Below, in pieces: positions 29,619 to 40,195 of a stretch of 64,000 nt of DNA. A program made the position numbers and the translations under genes. Every line of letters begins with the position of its first letter. The stretch's first letter is position 1. Below the pieces are notes generated by a model, which did no database searches, had not been told where the DNA came from, and worked only from the letters and a program-made list of their open reading frames with translations. The stretch covers positions 1,056,001-1,120,000 of the forward strand of contig OZ242358.1 of assembly GCA_965208835.1 (NCBI GenBank). The letters are read 5' to 3'. The DNA is from Candidatus Latescibacterota bacterium (GTDB lineage Bacteria; Latescibacterota; UBA2968; GCA-2709665).

Positions 29619-30971
29619 TCAATGTCCGAGCCCTATTCCCGTCAGGCCGGATGTATCCACCGTGCCGTCAGTAATATTGAAGACCGATGGATAGCGGTCC
29701 GCCCAGTCGCCGTTGGCGCCCGGGCAGTATTGCCGTGCGTTGCCCTCGATGGCCGTCACCGCGGGCACCCGCGCGGCAAGGCCGGCGGAGTGCAGAAACG
29801 CGGCCCCCGGGCAGGTGAGGTCCTGCACGCAGAGGAACATGCCGTATTTCTCAGCCGCGGCGCCCATGAGCAGGGCCTGTGACTGACCCTTGCAGGTCTT
29901 GAGCGCGACGCCGGAATAGCCCAGATCACGGGCGAGCAAAAGGCTCTCGAAATCCTCCAGGGACTCGTCGATCACCACGGGTCGGATTCCCGCGGCTTCG
30001 TGCATCCTGTTCTCCGGGTTCGCACGCAGGTTGCGGGCCGTAGGCTGTTCGATGTAGGCCACGCGCTCGAAGGCGCCGCCGCTCTTTTCCCGGATTTGCG
30101 CGAGAAAGTCCAGCAGGTAGCCCACGTCGCGGCATTGTTCGTTGAAGTCGAGCGAATAGGCCCAGTCCGAAACGCCGCGTTCGGCCTGTGTCTGAGCAGT
30201 GACGGCGTGAATGCCGCATACGCGGTCCACGTCCCATGCCAGATCATCTCCGTTGAGTTTGACTTTGAGGTGGGTCAGGCCGTCAGCGCGGATCCACTCC
30301 GGCAGCGTTTCGGGCAGGCTGTCGTCGAGCCGTTGATCGATGTCCGCGTCTGAGAGTGGATCGAGGGCGCCAACCAGATGGTAGAGCGGCATCCGGGGTT
30401 TGGGTTCGCGCAGGGTGTAACGGTCCAGGTGTTCGCCTTTGAAGTCATCGTTCAGATATCTGGCGAGATCGTGGTTCATCCATTCCGCAGAGAGACCGTC
30501 GTACGCGTTGATCCGGTTGACCTTGCCGTAGGCATCGTGCAGCGCGGCGTCGATCGGACTTGCGGTGACCAATGTACAGAGTTTCGGTATGGGTTCCGCC
30601 AGGTTCAGTTCCGCGCCGGTTTCCTCCGCGAGATCGAGAAACAGGGCTTCCAGTTCGGCCATGATGTCGATCGGATGCCCACGGTCTCGGTAGGTGCGAG
30701 TGCAGGCGACCATGCGTTCGCCGAGACTGACCATCGCCTGCATGGACTCATCGAAGCCGACGGTCCGGGAGGGAAAGGACCAGGCATTCCCGAGGGGCAT
30801 GGAGCCGAACCCGGATGCCCGCCCGCCGGCGCCGTTTTCGACGTCGACGGTTACGTTCATCAGTTTGCAGTGCGTCGTGACCACACCGCCGAACTTGAGC
30901 GGGGTGCGGTAGGGGTATGCCTCGAAGTCGAGTTCGACGTTACGGATGCGGATGTCAGAAGGTCCGGGCAT
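29619..30971 (-). CDS. Mandelate racemase/muconate lactonizing enzyme family protein
   Basis: LKVKL, LDFNE, IEQP, IDES, ALKTCKG. Confidence 0.85.
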   Translation of the reverse strand: MPGPSDIRIRNVELDFEAYPYRTPLKFGGVVTTHCKLMNVTVDVENGAGGRASGFGSMPLGNAWSFPSRTVGFDESMQAMVSLGERMVACTRTYRDRGHPIDIMAELEALFLDLAEETGAELNLAEPIPKLCTLVTASPIDAALHDAYGKVNRINAYDGLSAEWMNHDLARYLNDDFKGEHLDRYTLREPKPRMPLYHLVGALDPLSDADIDQRLDDSLPETLPEWIRADGLTHLKVKLNGDDLAWDVDRVCGIHAVTAQTQAERGVSDWAYSLDFNEQCRDVGYLLDFLAQIREKSGGAFERVAYIEQPTARNLRANPENRMHEAAGIRPVVIDESLEDFESLLLARDLGYSGVALKTCKGQSQALLMGAAAEKYGMFLCVQDLTCPGAAFLHSAGLAARVPAVTAIEGNARQYCPGANGDWADRYPSVFNITDGTVDTSGLTGIGLGH

Positions 30972-31030
30972 AAGCGCTCCGTTGATCGGCATGTGTTAAA
31001 GTCGTTGTGCCATTGCTGTCGTGTGGACTC

Positions 31031-33715
31031 CTATCCGCCCATGTGACGTTGCACGCCCGCCTTGAGAGCGGCATCGATGCGGGTGACGCTCTCCTCCAGG
31101 TGGGCGCGGGTCTGGCGGTCCAGGCCCTTGTCGACAAGGGCGTTCCGGATGGCGGTTGCCAGGGTCGCCAAATCGGCGCGGGCCAGAGAGGTGGCGTCGG
31201 CCGGGGCGTCGCGGACCGGCTTCACGACCAGGGCCACGACGTGGTCCAGGTGCAGGCGCTGAAGGTTTCTCCGGAAGCTGTTGATGTCGACAGGGGTTTC
31301 CAGCTCCGTCCAGATGGCTTCCCGCAAGCCGTCGAAGAGTTCCGGCATGTCGAATGTGTCTTCGCCCGCCCAGAGTTCCATGTCCTGCAGCCGGCCAAGC
31401 AGCAGCGGATGATACAGCGCGCTGAGGGGACCGCGTTGGATGTTCAGTATCCGGCTGTGGATCGGATAATCAAGCCGCTGCATGCGCCAGATCGCGCCGG
31501 TGAAGCCCCAGAGGCGTTCGGGGGCGAGTTTACGCATCAGTCCGGGGGGAAAGTCAAAGGCATCCGGACCGAATATGTGCGTCTTGAGGAATCCGAACGC
31601 CTCCCGTTGCCTGGCTGCCTTGACCGGTTCGAATGGAAGCCGGTTTCCGGGGTCGCCCACGTGGTCGCGCCGGTGATGGATGCCGCCGATGTATTTCGTT
31701 ACGTTGCGCGCAGCCAGAAAGTACTCCGTGAGTCCCTGGCCGAACACCCTCCGCAGCTTCTGGTAGCGCTTGCCCGGAACCTCGAACTCGCCCTCCATCT
31801 TTCGCCAGAGTTCTTTTGCAAGGCCAATGCGATTCCGGTGGTAGGCCAGCGGATCGGCGCCCAGGTCCCAGGTGTTGACCCACGGATCGATGCCGCGGGG
31901 CGCGCCAAAGGCGTCTTCATCCGTACCGTAGGCGACCCTGGGGTCGGCGACCTTTGCGGCGATCTTGTCCAGTTCCTTCCGTTCCGCCTCCGGGCTGTCC
32001 GCGTCGATGGTCTTGTACGCGTACTCGATCGCCCAGAGGTCGTAGGGGCCCAGTGTGGTGGGAAAGTAGTGGCCCTGTGCTTCTCCCTCGGGCGCGATAT
32101 TTGCAGGCAGGTAATCCATTACCGAACTGGACACGTCCTTGACCGCCTCCTTGTCCTGGAGGCGGTGGGTGGGATGCAGGGTGCTGGCGCGGAAGTTGTG
32201 GCGCAGTCCCAGGGTGTGCCCCATTTCGTGCGCGGCGATCATGGTCAGATAGTCGTTGATGAATTTCTGGCCGCCCTCGCCGGCCGGGTCGATTTGTCCC
32301 CGCGCAGCCAGCAGATTTCCGGTAAATGCGGCCTGGTGGGCAGCGCCCTCCGCGTAGTCGCAGAAGCCCCGCGAATAGTCCCTCGCCCGTTCCTGCTCTG
32401 GAAACGGGCCGCCGGCTTCGGACAAGGGACCCGCGAATTCCTCGTATTCCCGGAACAGCGACCGCGGAAAATCGGCGCTGAAACGAATGCTCGCGTGGAA
32501 CAGCTCGCCGGTGAGCGGATTGGCGCGTGAAGGCCCCTGGGCGTATACCCTTCGTGGATTCACAAACCAGCGGACCATGTTGTAGCTCGCATCGGCGGCA
32601 TCCCAATCCGCGTCGTCCGGTTGCTGCTTTACGACGATCGCGTCCTTGAAGCCGATACGCTCGAAGGCTTCATTCCACATCAGCAAGCCCTTCCGGAGGG
32701 CCTTCCTGTACTTCACGGGTACTGTCTTCTCCAGCCAGAAGACGATTGGCTCTTTGGGTTTCGAGAGCCGTGCCCGGGGGTTCTCCTTCTCCAGGTGCCA
32801 CCGCTCCACGTAACGTGTGTAAGGCGTCTCTTTCTCTACTGTATTGTAATCCTGGTACATGGTGAGGAAGTGGCCCACCCGGTCGTCCCCCAGCCGGGGT
32901 CGATAGCTCGTCCGGGGCAGGGTCGAAAGGCTGAAGTGATAGACGTGCTGAAAGCTGCGGGGGTCGGGGAAGGTGTACGCCTGGAATTCGGGGTTGGACG
33001 TGTTGAAGTGCAGGACGACTTCGATCTCGGTGTTCAGCGGAAAGGACTTCACCCTTCCGAAGTAGCTGTTCTTGCTGTCAAAGCGGTACTTTACCTTGCG
33101 GTCTCTGAACGCGGCCGCCACCATTGCCAGGTCCTGCAGGAAGAAGCCGTTTGCATCCACGAGGATGCTTTTCCTTTCGGGGTGAGGCTTGCTGTCCACG
33201 ATTTTCGCGACGCTGAGGATGGAATTGGTGACGCTGCGCTCCAACGCGCCCGCGATCGGGGCGTTTTTATCCGCCCGGAAGTAGACGTTCTTATGAAGGA
33301 ACTGCACGTTCTTTCCAACGCGTTTGAGAACGAAGGGAAAGCCGTAGTTCATAAAGCTGGGAATCAGGGCCGTCGCGTCGAAGAAATAACCGTCGGCCGC
33401 CTCGCGGGTGACGGCGCAAAGAAAGAGCCTGTCGAACTGCCTGGGCCTGATTTCCATGTAGACTTTGGCTTCGTCGTCTTTCCGGTAAAACGTAAATAGG
33501 CCCGGGACGACCTCGAAGTCCTTCGTGACTTCCTCGAAGGTCTTCTTTTTCTTCTTCTTGTCCTTCTTGGCGGTCGTGTCCGCTTTGGCCTCTTTGACCT
33601 TGACCTTCGCGGTGTCCGCCGCCGAGGTATCGGGTTTGGTTTCTTCCGCCTGCACAGTTACGGACAATATGGAGAGGATGAAGAAATGGGTGAACAAAAC
33701 GATCAGCGGTCGCAT
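31031..33715 (-). CDS. Secreted zinc-dependent metalloprotease (EcxA/DUF5117-like)
   Basis: Signal peptide, HEMGHTLGLRHNF, Met-turn SVMDY. Confidence 0.92.
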   Translation of the reverse strand: MRPLIVLFTHFFILSILSVTVQAEETKPDTSAADTAKVKVKEAKADTTAKKDKKKKKKTFEEVTKDFEVVPGLFTFYRKDDEAKVYMEIRPRQFDRLFLCAVTREAADGYFFDATALIPSFMNYGFPFVLKRVGKNVQFLHKNVYFRADKNAPIAGALERSVTNSILSVAKIVDSKPHPERKSILVDANGFFLQDLAMVAAAFRDRKVKYRFDSKNSYFGRVKSFPLNTEIEVVLHFNTSNPEFQAYTFPDPRSFQHVYHFSLSTLPRTSYRPRLGDDRVGHFLTMYQDYNTVEKETPYTRYVERWHLEKENPRARLSKPKEPIVFWLEKTVPVKYRKALRKGLLMWNEAFERIGFKDAIVVKQQPDDADWDAADASYNMVRWFVNPRRVYAQGPSRANPLTGELFHASIRFSADFPRSLFREYEEFAGPLSEAGGPFPEQERARDYSRGFCDYAEGAAHQAAFTGNLLAARGQIDPAGEGGQKFINDYLTMIAAHEMGHTLGLRHNFRASTLHPTHRLQDKEAVKDVSSSVMDYLPANIAPEGEAQGHYFPTTLGPYDLWAIEYAYKTIDADSPEAERKELDKIAAKVADPRVAYGTDEDAFGAPRGIDPWVNTWDLGADPLAYHRNRIGLAKELWRKMEGEFEVPGKRYQKLRRVFGQGLTEYFLAARNVTKYIGGIHHRRDHVGDPGNRLPFEPVKAARQREAFGFLKTHIFGPDAFDFPPGLMRKLAPERLWGFTGAIWRMQRLDYPIHSRILNIQRGPLSALYHPLLLGRLQDMELWAGEDTFDMPELFDGLREAIWTELETPVDINSFRRNLQRLHLDHVVALVVKPVRDAPADATSLARADLATLATAIRNALVDKGLDRQTRAHLEESVTRIDAALKAGVQRHMGG

Positions 33716-33861
33716 CCTGTCCTCCTGACAGGTTCAAGTGGTTCCGGGTTCCCGATATGGGGGCGACTGACCGATTGCCGGCGCTGAAGAACGCATGCGC
33801 GCACGGCGATATTTCCTCAACGTGGTTTTCGGGCCTGATAAAACCTGAGAATATCCTTCTC

Positions 33862-34353
33862 TTACTCGGGCCGGGTCGACCACAGCCTCAGCAGAACCCG
33901 CGCGCCAAGGCCCGTTATACATCCCGCGGCGGCTGCGGCAAAAACCACCCATCCGCCCTCCAGCAATACGAGCAATACGGCGCTGATGCCGAGCGCCAGC
34001 CCCCAGAAGAGCCCGGCTCCGAGACTCCAGTCCAGCAGCACCGACACCAGGCCCACCCCCATAGCCGCCGGGATGGCGGCGACAAACCCGATAATCACCC
34101 CGTCGAATGGGCCCCAGTAGACTCCGGCCCCGGCGCCGAGGCCCAGCACCATGCCAATACCCGTGCTGATGTCGCTGCTCATGCCCACGATCAACCCCAT
34201 CGCCAGCCCCCATCCGAGACCCAATCCCATCGCGTGGAGCCAGTCCGACTCTCCCACCATGGCGTGCGAAAACGGGCCCATCAGGAGAAACGCCATCGCG
34301 AACACAAACGCACCGTGGATGATTTGCCGCAACACCGCTGCTCCTGTTCCCAA
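33862..34353 (-). CDS. Glycine-rich membrane protein
   Basis: Repeated GxxxG hydrophobic helices; start uncertain. Confidence 0.6.
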   Translation of the reverse strand: MGTGAAVLRQIIHGAFVFAMAFLLMGPFSHAMVGESDWLHAMGLGLGWGLAMGLIVGMSSDISTGIGMVLGLGAGAGVYWGPFDGVIIGFVAAIPAAMGVGLVSVLLDWSLGAGLFWGLALGISAVLLVLLEGGWVVFAAAAAGCITGLGARVLLRLWSTRPE

Positions 34354-34436
34354 TCGTTCGTTTCTTTCGCGCTATTGCTCCGCTCAGCCGCTCTTGAAAC
34401 TGCAAGACGCTTCTTAGAGCTGCGGAAGCGCCTGCA

Positions 34437-34585
34437 TCACTCCCCCCCTCGAGGGGGAGTCGCAGAAGCCGAGCCTGGCCCCTAAGCCTTGTCCTGAGCT
34501 TGTCGAAGGCGCTGCCGTGAGCCTGCGGTCCGTGAACTTGTCGAAGGTTCGACGGGGCCGGCGAAGGCTGATGCGGTGGGGGGTT
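34437..34585. repeat. Composite REP-like palindromic element
   Basis: CTCCCCCCCTCGAGGGGGAG palindrome and two GA(G/A)CTTGTCGAAGG units. Confidence 0.6.
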
Positions 34586-34624
34586 GTCAATCCTTTCAGA
34601 GAACCTCGAAGGGAATGCCGTAAT

Positions 34625-35029
34625 TCATCGGTCGTCGCTGGAGGATGTCACCGGTTCGACCAACTGGTCCATCGACACGTCAAGCGCGCCTGAGAGTCTG
34701 CGAAAAACCTCGAGCGTTCCGGACTTGTGCCCGTTCTCGATCTGTGACAGGTACCCCCTTGAAACACCGACCGACCGGGCCAGCGAGGCCAGCGTCAACC
34801 CGCGGTATTTGCGCCACACGCGCAAGGGCGATCCACCATCCAGTATACCCCGTACAACTTCGCCGGGAACCGTTTCGCCCGCGGCGTCGTCCGTCCAGGC
34901 TCTGTCGATGGTCGCGGAATCTTCCGCATCTTCGAGCGCGGCGGCCATACGGCGGTACGCCTCGATCGGAATAACCGCGTATTCGGGCGCCCCGTCCCTG
35001 ACAATGATCTGCACGTCCTGTTCATTCAT
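34625..35029 (-). CDS. XRE-family HTH antitoxin
   Basis: YAVIPIEAY N-domain; RKYRGLT..LA..VGVSRGYLSQIENG; start overlaps the toxin stop (ATGA). Confidence 0.88.
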   Translation of the reverse strand: MNEQDVQIIVRDGAPEYAVIPIEAYRRMAAALEDAEDSATIDRAWTDDAAGETVPGEVVRGILDGGSPLRVWRKYRGLTLASLARSVGVSRGYLSQIENGHKSGTLEVFRRLSGALDVSMDQLVEPVTSSSDDR

Positions 35030-35286
35030 CGGTATATCTGTCCCCTCGTGTCGATTTTCGCGACCAGCAGCACCCTTTGCTCGTCGTTGATCGAGTAAAT
35101 CACGCGCCAGCCACCCAACCTCAGCCGAAAGTCCCTGTCTCGACCCTGAATCTGTGTGGCGTTTGGATGTCTGCCATACGGTTCTGCCGCAATCGCGTCG
35201 ATCCTGGTACAGATACGCCGGGCGGTGCTGCGCGGCATGCCAAAGAGCCGGCGTGCGGCCTGCCTCTGGTAGCGGACTTCGTACAT
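35026..35286 (-). CDS. RelE/ParE-family toxin
   Basis: FRLRLGGWRVIY..VAKIDTRGQIY. Confidence 0.9.
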   Translation of the reverse strand: MYEVRYQRQAARRLFGMPRSTARRICTRIDAIAAEPYGRHPNATQIQGRDRDFRLRLGGWRVIYSINDEQRVLLVAKIDTRGQIYR

Positions 35287-35292
35287 TAACTA

Positions 35293-35320
35293 AACTTACC
35301 CAAAGATCTCTATTTGTCAA
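35293..35320 (-). promoter_or_regulatory. Sigma70-like promoter, probably giving a leaderless toxin mRNA
   Basis: TTGACA-16-TAAGTT, ending 6 nt before the ATG. Confidence 0.55.
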
Positions 35321-35595
35321 CAATATTCATTCAGAATGTTTTCTATTGGCGAACAAAAAAGCACATATAATAAAGAGGATGAATCGTCGAAATCCGCTTT
35401 TGAAACCCCGTCTGAAGAATCTGTCTTCTGAACTGTTACGTCGATATGGGGCATTATCGGACAGACCAGCAACAAACCGGCCCTAAGTTACGTTTCCGCC
35501 AGAGACCTCGGATGTTTTAATCTGACTCGGCACGTCCTTGACAGGTCGCGCAACGGGGACCTGGATTTCAGAGGCAATTCATGTAGATGATTGGA

Positions 35596-36885
35596 TTATC
35601 CTGTCTCCCGAAGAACTCTGTCAATGGCGGCGCGTACAATTTTCTCAGACTTACCGGACACAAAGGCGTCTGTGGGCTCGTATCCCCCCTCGTCAAAGGA
35701 AGTTTCCATGGTGATGTACCCCGTCCCCAGGTCTCCATATCCAGCCACGGCGACAAAGGCGTCCGGGCGGCTCGCCTGCGCGTGCAACTGGTATTCGATA
35801 AAGATCTCGCCCGGCAGATTGACCACCGCCACCCGGTCGTTGAGATGCATGCAGGTAAAGGGAATGGGACGCTCGCGGCGGCGCACATACGTCAGCATGA
35901 GGGCGTTCTTGCTGTGAATCTTGGTCCCTTTTCCTGCCGACGCAATCTTCGCCAGCAGGTCCTCCTCGTCCAGGTCCTCCCGAGGCGGCAGCCGCACGGG
36001 CTCCACGGTCCAGCCAACGTGTTCCAGGGGCTGAAGCGTACTGGCCTGCTCGGCTTGCAGCATGGTCGTGTGGATGCGCCCGGTGAACAATTCGCGGTTG
36101 TCGGCCACGCCGTCGTTGTACTTACCCGCGGTGACGTTGCCCGCGCAACCTGTGAAGTAGATGTGCGGAATTCCACTTTCCTCCGTGCGGCGGTTGCGGG
36201 CTAGGCCGACGAATTCAGGCGTCACCAGCCCCGTGCCATCCATGCTGGTTGGATGTGTGGCATAGTAGTGAACGAGGGCAAGCGGCTTATCCTGATTGTA
36301 ATAGCCGATCGTCTTGAGTATGGGGTCGATGACGCCTTCGGGCGCGGCCCGCACCTCCGGGTCGGGCGTCTTGGTCCAGCGCACGTGGGCCACCTTGCCG
36401 TCCGGTCCCATCACTCGCCTGTTGGAGGCGATCCGGTCGACCCTGGCTTCGCCTGTTGAGATATGCGTGCAGGGCTGCAGTCTGTTCATGGCTTCGCCTG
36501 CTGCCTCTGCCGCCTGCGTGCGGACGCTTTCTGCCCAGCCTCCGGCCATGATGACATCCGGATGGCCGTGGGCGTCGAGAACGTCCTGGGCATCGCGGTC
36601 GGGCCAGGGGGTGTCGTGCGCATGGGTGCAATGCACGGCCACCCGATCGGCAACTGTTCCCACGGCCGCGGCGATTTCTTCGCGCCAGCGGTCGTAATCG
36701 CCGTTGCTCAGTTCGGCCCAGTCCAGCGCGCACAGGACCATGGGCGATTGGTCGTCCTGTACGATCACCAGCCCGAGGGCTGCCAGCGGGTCCAATATGC
36801 CTTTGGCTGGCGGATACCATCCCGCGCAGAGCGGATGCCCGAGCGGCGGCGTCACGTCGGATTGAAAGGTGGCAAGTCGGATCAT
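35596..36885 (-). CDS. Hypothetical protein (neutral ceramidase-like)
   Basis: DVTPP.G, THAH, YATHP, GCAGNV, PGE.F. Confidence 0.7.
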   Translation of the reverse strand: MIRLATFQSDVTPPLGHPLCAGWYPPAKGILDPLAALGLVIVQDDQSPMVLCALDWAELSNGDYDRWREEIAAAVGTVADRVAVHCTHAHDTPWPDRDAQDVLDAHGHPDVIMAGGWAESVRTQAAEAAGEAMNRLQPCTHISTGEARVDRIASNRRVMGPDGKVAHVRWTKTPDPEVRAAPEGVIDPILKTIGYYNQDKPLALVHYYATHPTSMDGTGLVTPEFVGLARNRRTEESGIPHIYFTGCAGNVTAGKYNDGVADNRELFTGRIHTTMLQAEQASTLQPLEHVGWTVEPVRLPPREDLDEEDLLAKIASAGKGTKIHSKNALMLTYVRRRERPIPFTCMHLNDRVAVVNLPGEIFIEYQLHAQASRPDAFVAVAGYGDLGTGYITMETSFDEGGYEPTDAFVSGKSEKIVRAAIDRVLRETG

Positions 36886-37176
36886 GGCGTCTCCAATTTG
36901 AACTGCCCCGAATGACGCACCTGCCGGATCGACGCAATTCGGGGACCCTGAATTTCAGATTTAACCTGCGATGGGATGGCAAATTACGGCGGGGATGATA
37001 CCCTGTCAACCCGAAACAGCGGATCGTGATCCAGGCAGGCACGGGAACACTAAACAAGACTTACATGGATGGACAGGATATAGGCGGACAAACCAACAAC
37101 AAAATCCAGAACACGGCAATCCTGCTCGCGCGGTAGGATCGGGCTTCGAATCAGTCTGGAAACGTCCCGCTACGCC

Positions 37177-37205
37177 TTGACAACGAGTGCGAAAGATACT
37201 ATACT
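37177..37205 (+). promoter_or_regulatory. Near-consensus sigma70 promoter of the DUF5131-tcmP operon
   Basis: TTGACA-17-TATACT. Confidence 0.75.
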
Positions 37206-37243
37206 GATGTGCAGTAACATTTCAACTCTTGAGGGGAGTCTTC

Positions 37244-38023
37244 ATGTCCCGCAATAGCGCCATCGAGTGGACCAACGGCACCTGGAATCCGGTTACCGGA
37301 TGCACAAAGGTCAGCGCCGGTTGCGACAATTGCTATGCAGAACGGCTTTCCGAGCGTTTTCGCGGGGTCAAAGGGCATCCGTTCGAGCCGGGTTTCGATC
37401 TGACCCTTCGACCCGCGCGCCTGGAACAACCGCTACATTGGCGTCGTTCCCAGCTCATCTTTGTCAACTCAATGAGCGATCTGTTCCACAAGGAGATTCC
37501 CGCGGAGTACATCCATCGCGTCTTCGACACCATGGAACGTGCCGACTGGCACGTCTACCAGGTGCTCACCAAGCGCAGTTCTCTGATGCGCCGTTTTGTC
37601 CGAGAGCGCTACCCGGTCGGGGATGCACCATCACATATCTGGCTCGGCGTCTCCATCGAGAACGAAGCTGCACTTGCGCGGCTGAGGCATCTCAAAGAGA
37701 CCAACGCATCGGTCCGGTTCGTCTCATTCGAACCACTTCTCGGTTCGGTGGGTACGGTAAATCTGGAAAACATCCACTGGGTAATTGCGGGTGGGGAGAG
37801 CGGCCCGGGAGCTCGTCCGGTTGAGCCGGATTGGGTACGTGAATTGCGGGATCAGTGCGAGATCCAACACGTGGCCTTCTTCTTCAAGCAGTGGGGCGGG
37901 CGTACTCCAAAATCAAACGGCAATACGCTGGATGGGCGGCAGTGGATGGAGTATCCGGAGATCAAGCGCGGGAGGCAGAGAACAAATAGCCACTTAACCG
38001 CAAGGGCAAAACGTGCCCACTAA
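37244..38023 (+). CDS. DUF5131 / phage Gp37-Gp68 family protein
   Basis: IEWT..TWNPVTGCTKVSAGCDNCYA, FVNSMSDLFH, SFEPLLG, GGESG, FFFKQWGG. Confidence 0.93.
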   Translation: MSRNSAIEWTNGTWNPVTGCTKVSAGCDNCYAERLSERFRGVKGHPFEPGFDLTLRPARLEQPLHWRRSQLIFVNSMSDLFHKEIPAEYIHRVFDTMERADWHVYQVLTKRSSLMRRFVRERYPVGDAPSHIWLGVSIENEAALARLRHLKETNASVRFVSFEPLLGSVGTVNLENIHWVIAGGESGPGARPVEPDWVRELRDQCEIQHVAFFFKQWGGRTPKSNGNTLDGRQWMEYPEIKRGRQRTNSHLTARAKRAH

Positions 38024-38035
38024 GAGCAGGCTACG

Positions 38036-38356
38036 ATGACAGACTCGAGCTTTTTCGATGTGAGTACAGGACAGTCGCAAGTGAAGGCCGATATTGTAGC
38101 GAAATATTTCGACGCTTGGACAAGGGTAATGATTGCTACCCAGAACAGGTTGCGTGGTTCCGAAAACAGGATTGCATACATTGACCTTTTCGCTGGGAGG
38201 GGAAGATACTCTGACGGGACAATTTCAACTCCGCTAATGGTCGTAAGAAAGGCGATTCAGGACGATGTATTGCGTCGTCGATTGGTTACGATATTCAACG
38301 ACAAAGACGAAGACAATTCGGATTCACTAAAGCAGGCAATTAACCATCTGCCTGGC
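38036..38356 (+). pseudogene. tcmP: Three-Cys-motif partner protein TcmP, 5' part (interrupted)
   Basis: YIDLFAGRG methyltransferase-like motif; follows DUF5131; frame continues at 44438 once the insert is removed. Confidence 0.85.
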
Positions 38357-38395
38357 GGAACCTGTCAATAAGAATGAGACAACTCTTGCGTGAGT

Positions 38396-38560
38396 TTAGT
38401 GTAGCAAATGGTGCCATTCGACGGTGTTCTTGGGTTGGTTAATCCAGACTTCGTTGGGAACGTGTGGTGGTTTCGGTTTGCCTCTGACAAATCGTTCAGG
38501 GTGGTTGTGATAAGCCTGGTCGAGCACGTGTTGTCTTGCGGCTTGCAGCTGTTGTGTCAT
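38396..38560 (-). pseudogene. IS3-B OrfB C-terminal fragment
   Basis: MTQQLQAARQHVLDQAYHNHPERFVRGKPKPP..VWIN; joins ..SVHHG at 43044 in frame. Confidence 0.85.
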
Positions 38561-38600
38561 CGGTATGTGTCAAGTAAAGTGAGACACGTTTCCCGGAAAA

Positions 38601-39465
38601 TCAGGGAAGTTTTTCCTGATCTGCGTCGTAAGATTTGGGCTTGTTAATCCAGACGGCTTTTGGCAAGGGCGGCGGTTTGGGCCGTCCTCTTACAAAGCGT
38701 TCCGGATGGGCCGCGAAAGCGTTGAGTAGGGTCTGCTGGCGGGCTTGCTGAACATAGGAGGCCTGCCCATAGTGTACCTGGGCGGGCGTCATCAAGCCCA
38801 AGCCTGTGTGATGATGCTGAAAATTGTACCACGAAAAGAAGGGGCGTGCCCAGGCTCTGGCATCTTCCAAAGCGCCAAAGCGATCCGGATAATCCGGCCG
38901 ATATTTCATCGTTTTGTATTGTGCCTCGGAATAGGGATTGTCATTGGACACGTGGGGCCTTGCGTGAGATTTGGTCACGCCCAGGTCCGACAGCAACAGC
39001 GCGAGGCTTTTGGCGATCATCGCAGCGCCGCGGTCTGAATGAATGGTCAATTGCTGGGGATCCACCTCCTGATTTCGGCAACTCTGCTGGATCAATTCCT
39101 TAGCCAAGGCAGCCGATTCTCGCCGGGCGACCATCCAGCCCACGACATATCGGCTGAAGATGTCGAGCAGGACATACAGATAGAAGTAGGTCCATTTGAC
39201 CGGTCCCCTCAGCTTGGTGATATCCCAACTCCACAGTTGGTTGGGGCCCACTGCCAGCAGTTCCGGCTTTTTGTAGGTGGGATGGGAAAGCTGGTTGCGC
39301 CGTTCACGCACTTGGTCGTGAGCCTCGAGGATACGATACATCGAACGCCAGGAGCACAGATACGTGCCTTCGTCCAGCAGTTGTGCCCATATTTGGCGGG
39401 GTGCGGCATCCTGGAAGCGCTCGCTGTTGAGCACGTTCAGAATGTGTGCGCGCTCCTGCTGCTTT
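38601..39465 (-). pseudogene. IS3-A OrfB transposase, 3' part
   Basis: DDE motifs WSWDIT, HSDRG, DNPYSE; N-terminus lies at 42342-42507. Confidence 0.9.
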
Positions 39466-39552
39466 GGCAATACCACCTTATAGGCTTTTGCCTTTGGGGT
39501 GGGGGGTCTGACCTACAAGGTTTTTTGGCTAATATTGTTCAACAGACTTCTC

Positions 39553-39789
39553 CTAATTTTTCATAACCTTTTTATTTTCAGCATATTGCATAACTGCGTA
39601 TATGACCATATTTCGCCACTTTGTTACGTTCCACCCTGCGATGAAGGAATCTAACCCTTTCGTGTTTGTCATTTGGTGAATTCTGGTGGAGATTTTACGT
39701 GGTTCTTCATGTTGTTTGAAGACTTCGTAATGACAGCGATGCCTAAAACCCCTGGAACCTGCTTGAAATTGCTGATCATCTAAAACCAC
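39553..39789 (-). CDS. Hypothetical cargo protein (78 aa)
   Basis: GTG start with AGGAGG RBS and an upstream hairpin. Confidence 0.55.
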   Translation of the reverse strand: MVLDDQQFQAGSRGFRHRCHYEVFKQHEEPRKISTRIHQMTNTKGLDSFIAGWNVTKWRNMVIYAVMQYAENKKVMKN

Positions 39790-40195
39790 GACGACCTCCT
39801 ATTGGTACGGGTGATTCAGCATGAGCCTGGAGTGGTGCCGTCAACACCACTCCGGGCATTTTTTGTTTCTTGAAATGTAACGAAACAGATCCTTAGTTTC
39901 AAGGGCCGTTTAAAATTCGGCTGTCTGTACTTGACGTTTCTTAATTCTACTCGTATATTATCACACACAGGGTAAACTGAAATAGAAGATACACCAAGTT
40001 GCTAAAGTTTCACAAAACCGCCCTTAGTCCCAGATGGGATTAAGGGCGGTTTTTCTATTTATGTCTCCCTGTAATCTATATAACTCTTTATTAATAAAGG
40101 AGTTGTCCGACCGGTAGCGATACGTTATATTAGTAACCTTAATTAATATGGCCGCCCGCTACCACGGCTTAGATTCACGCAGGGATGAGCGAGAA

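Noticed and set aside
35030-35323. 232 aa version of the antitoxin
   Set aside because: It overlaps the toxin in another frame; the ATGA-coupled start at 35029 fits better.
37050-37130. Island attachment site or repeat
   Set aside because: Only a degenerate GGATGGACAGGAT...ATCCTG motif, with no partner repeat or integrase in the window.
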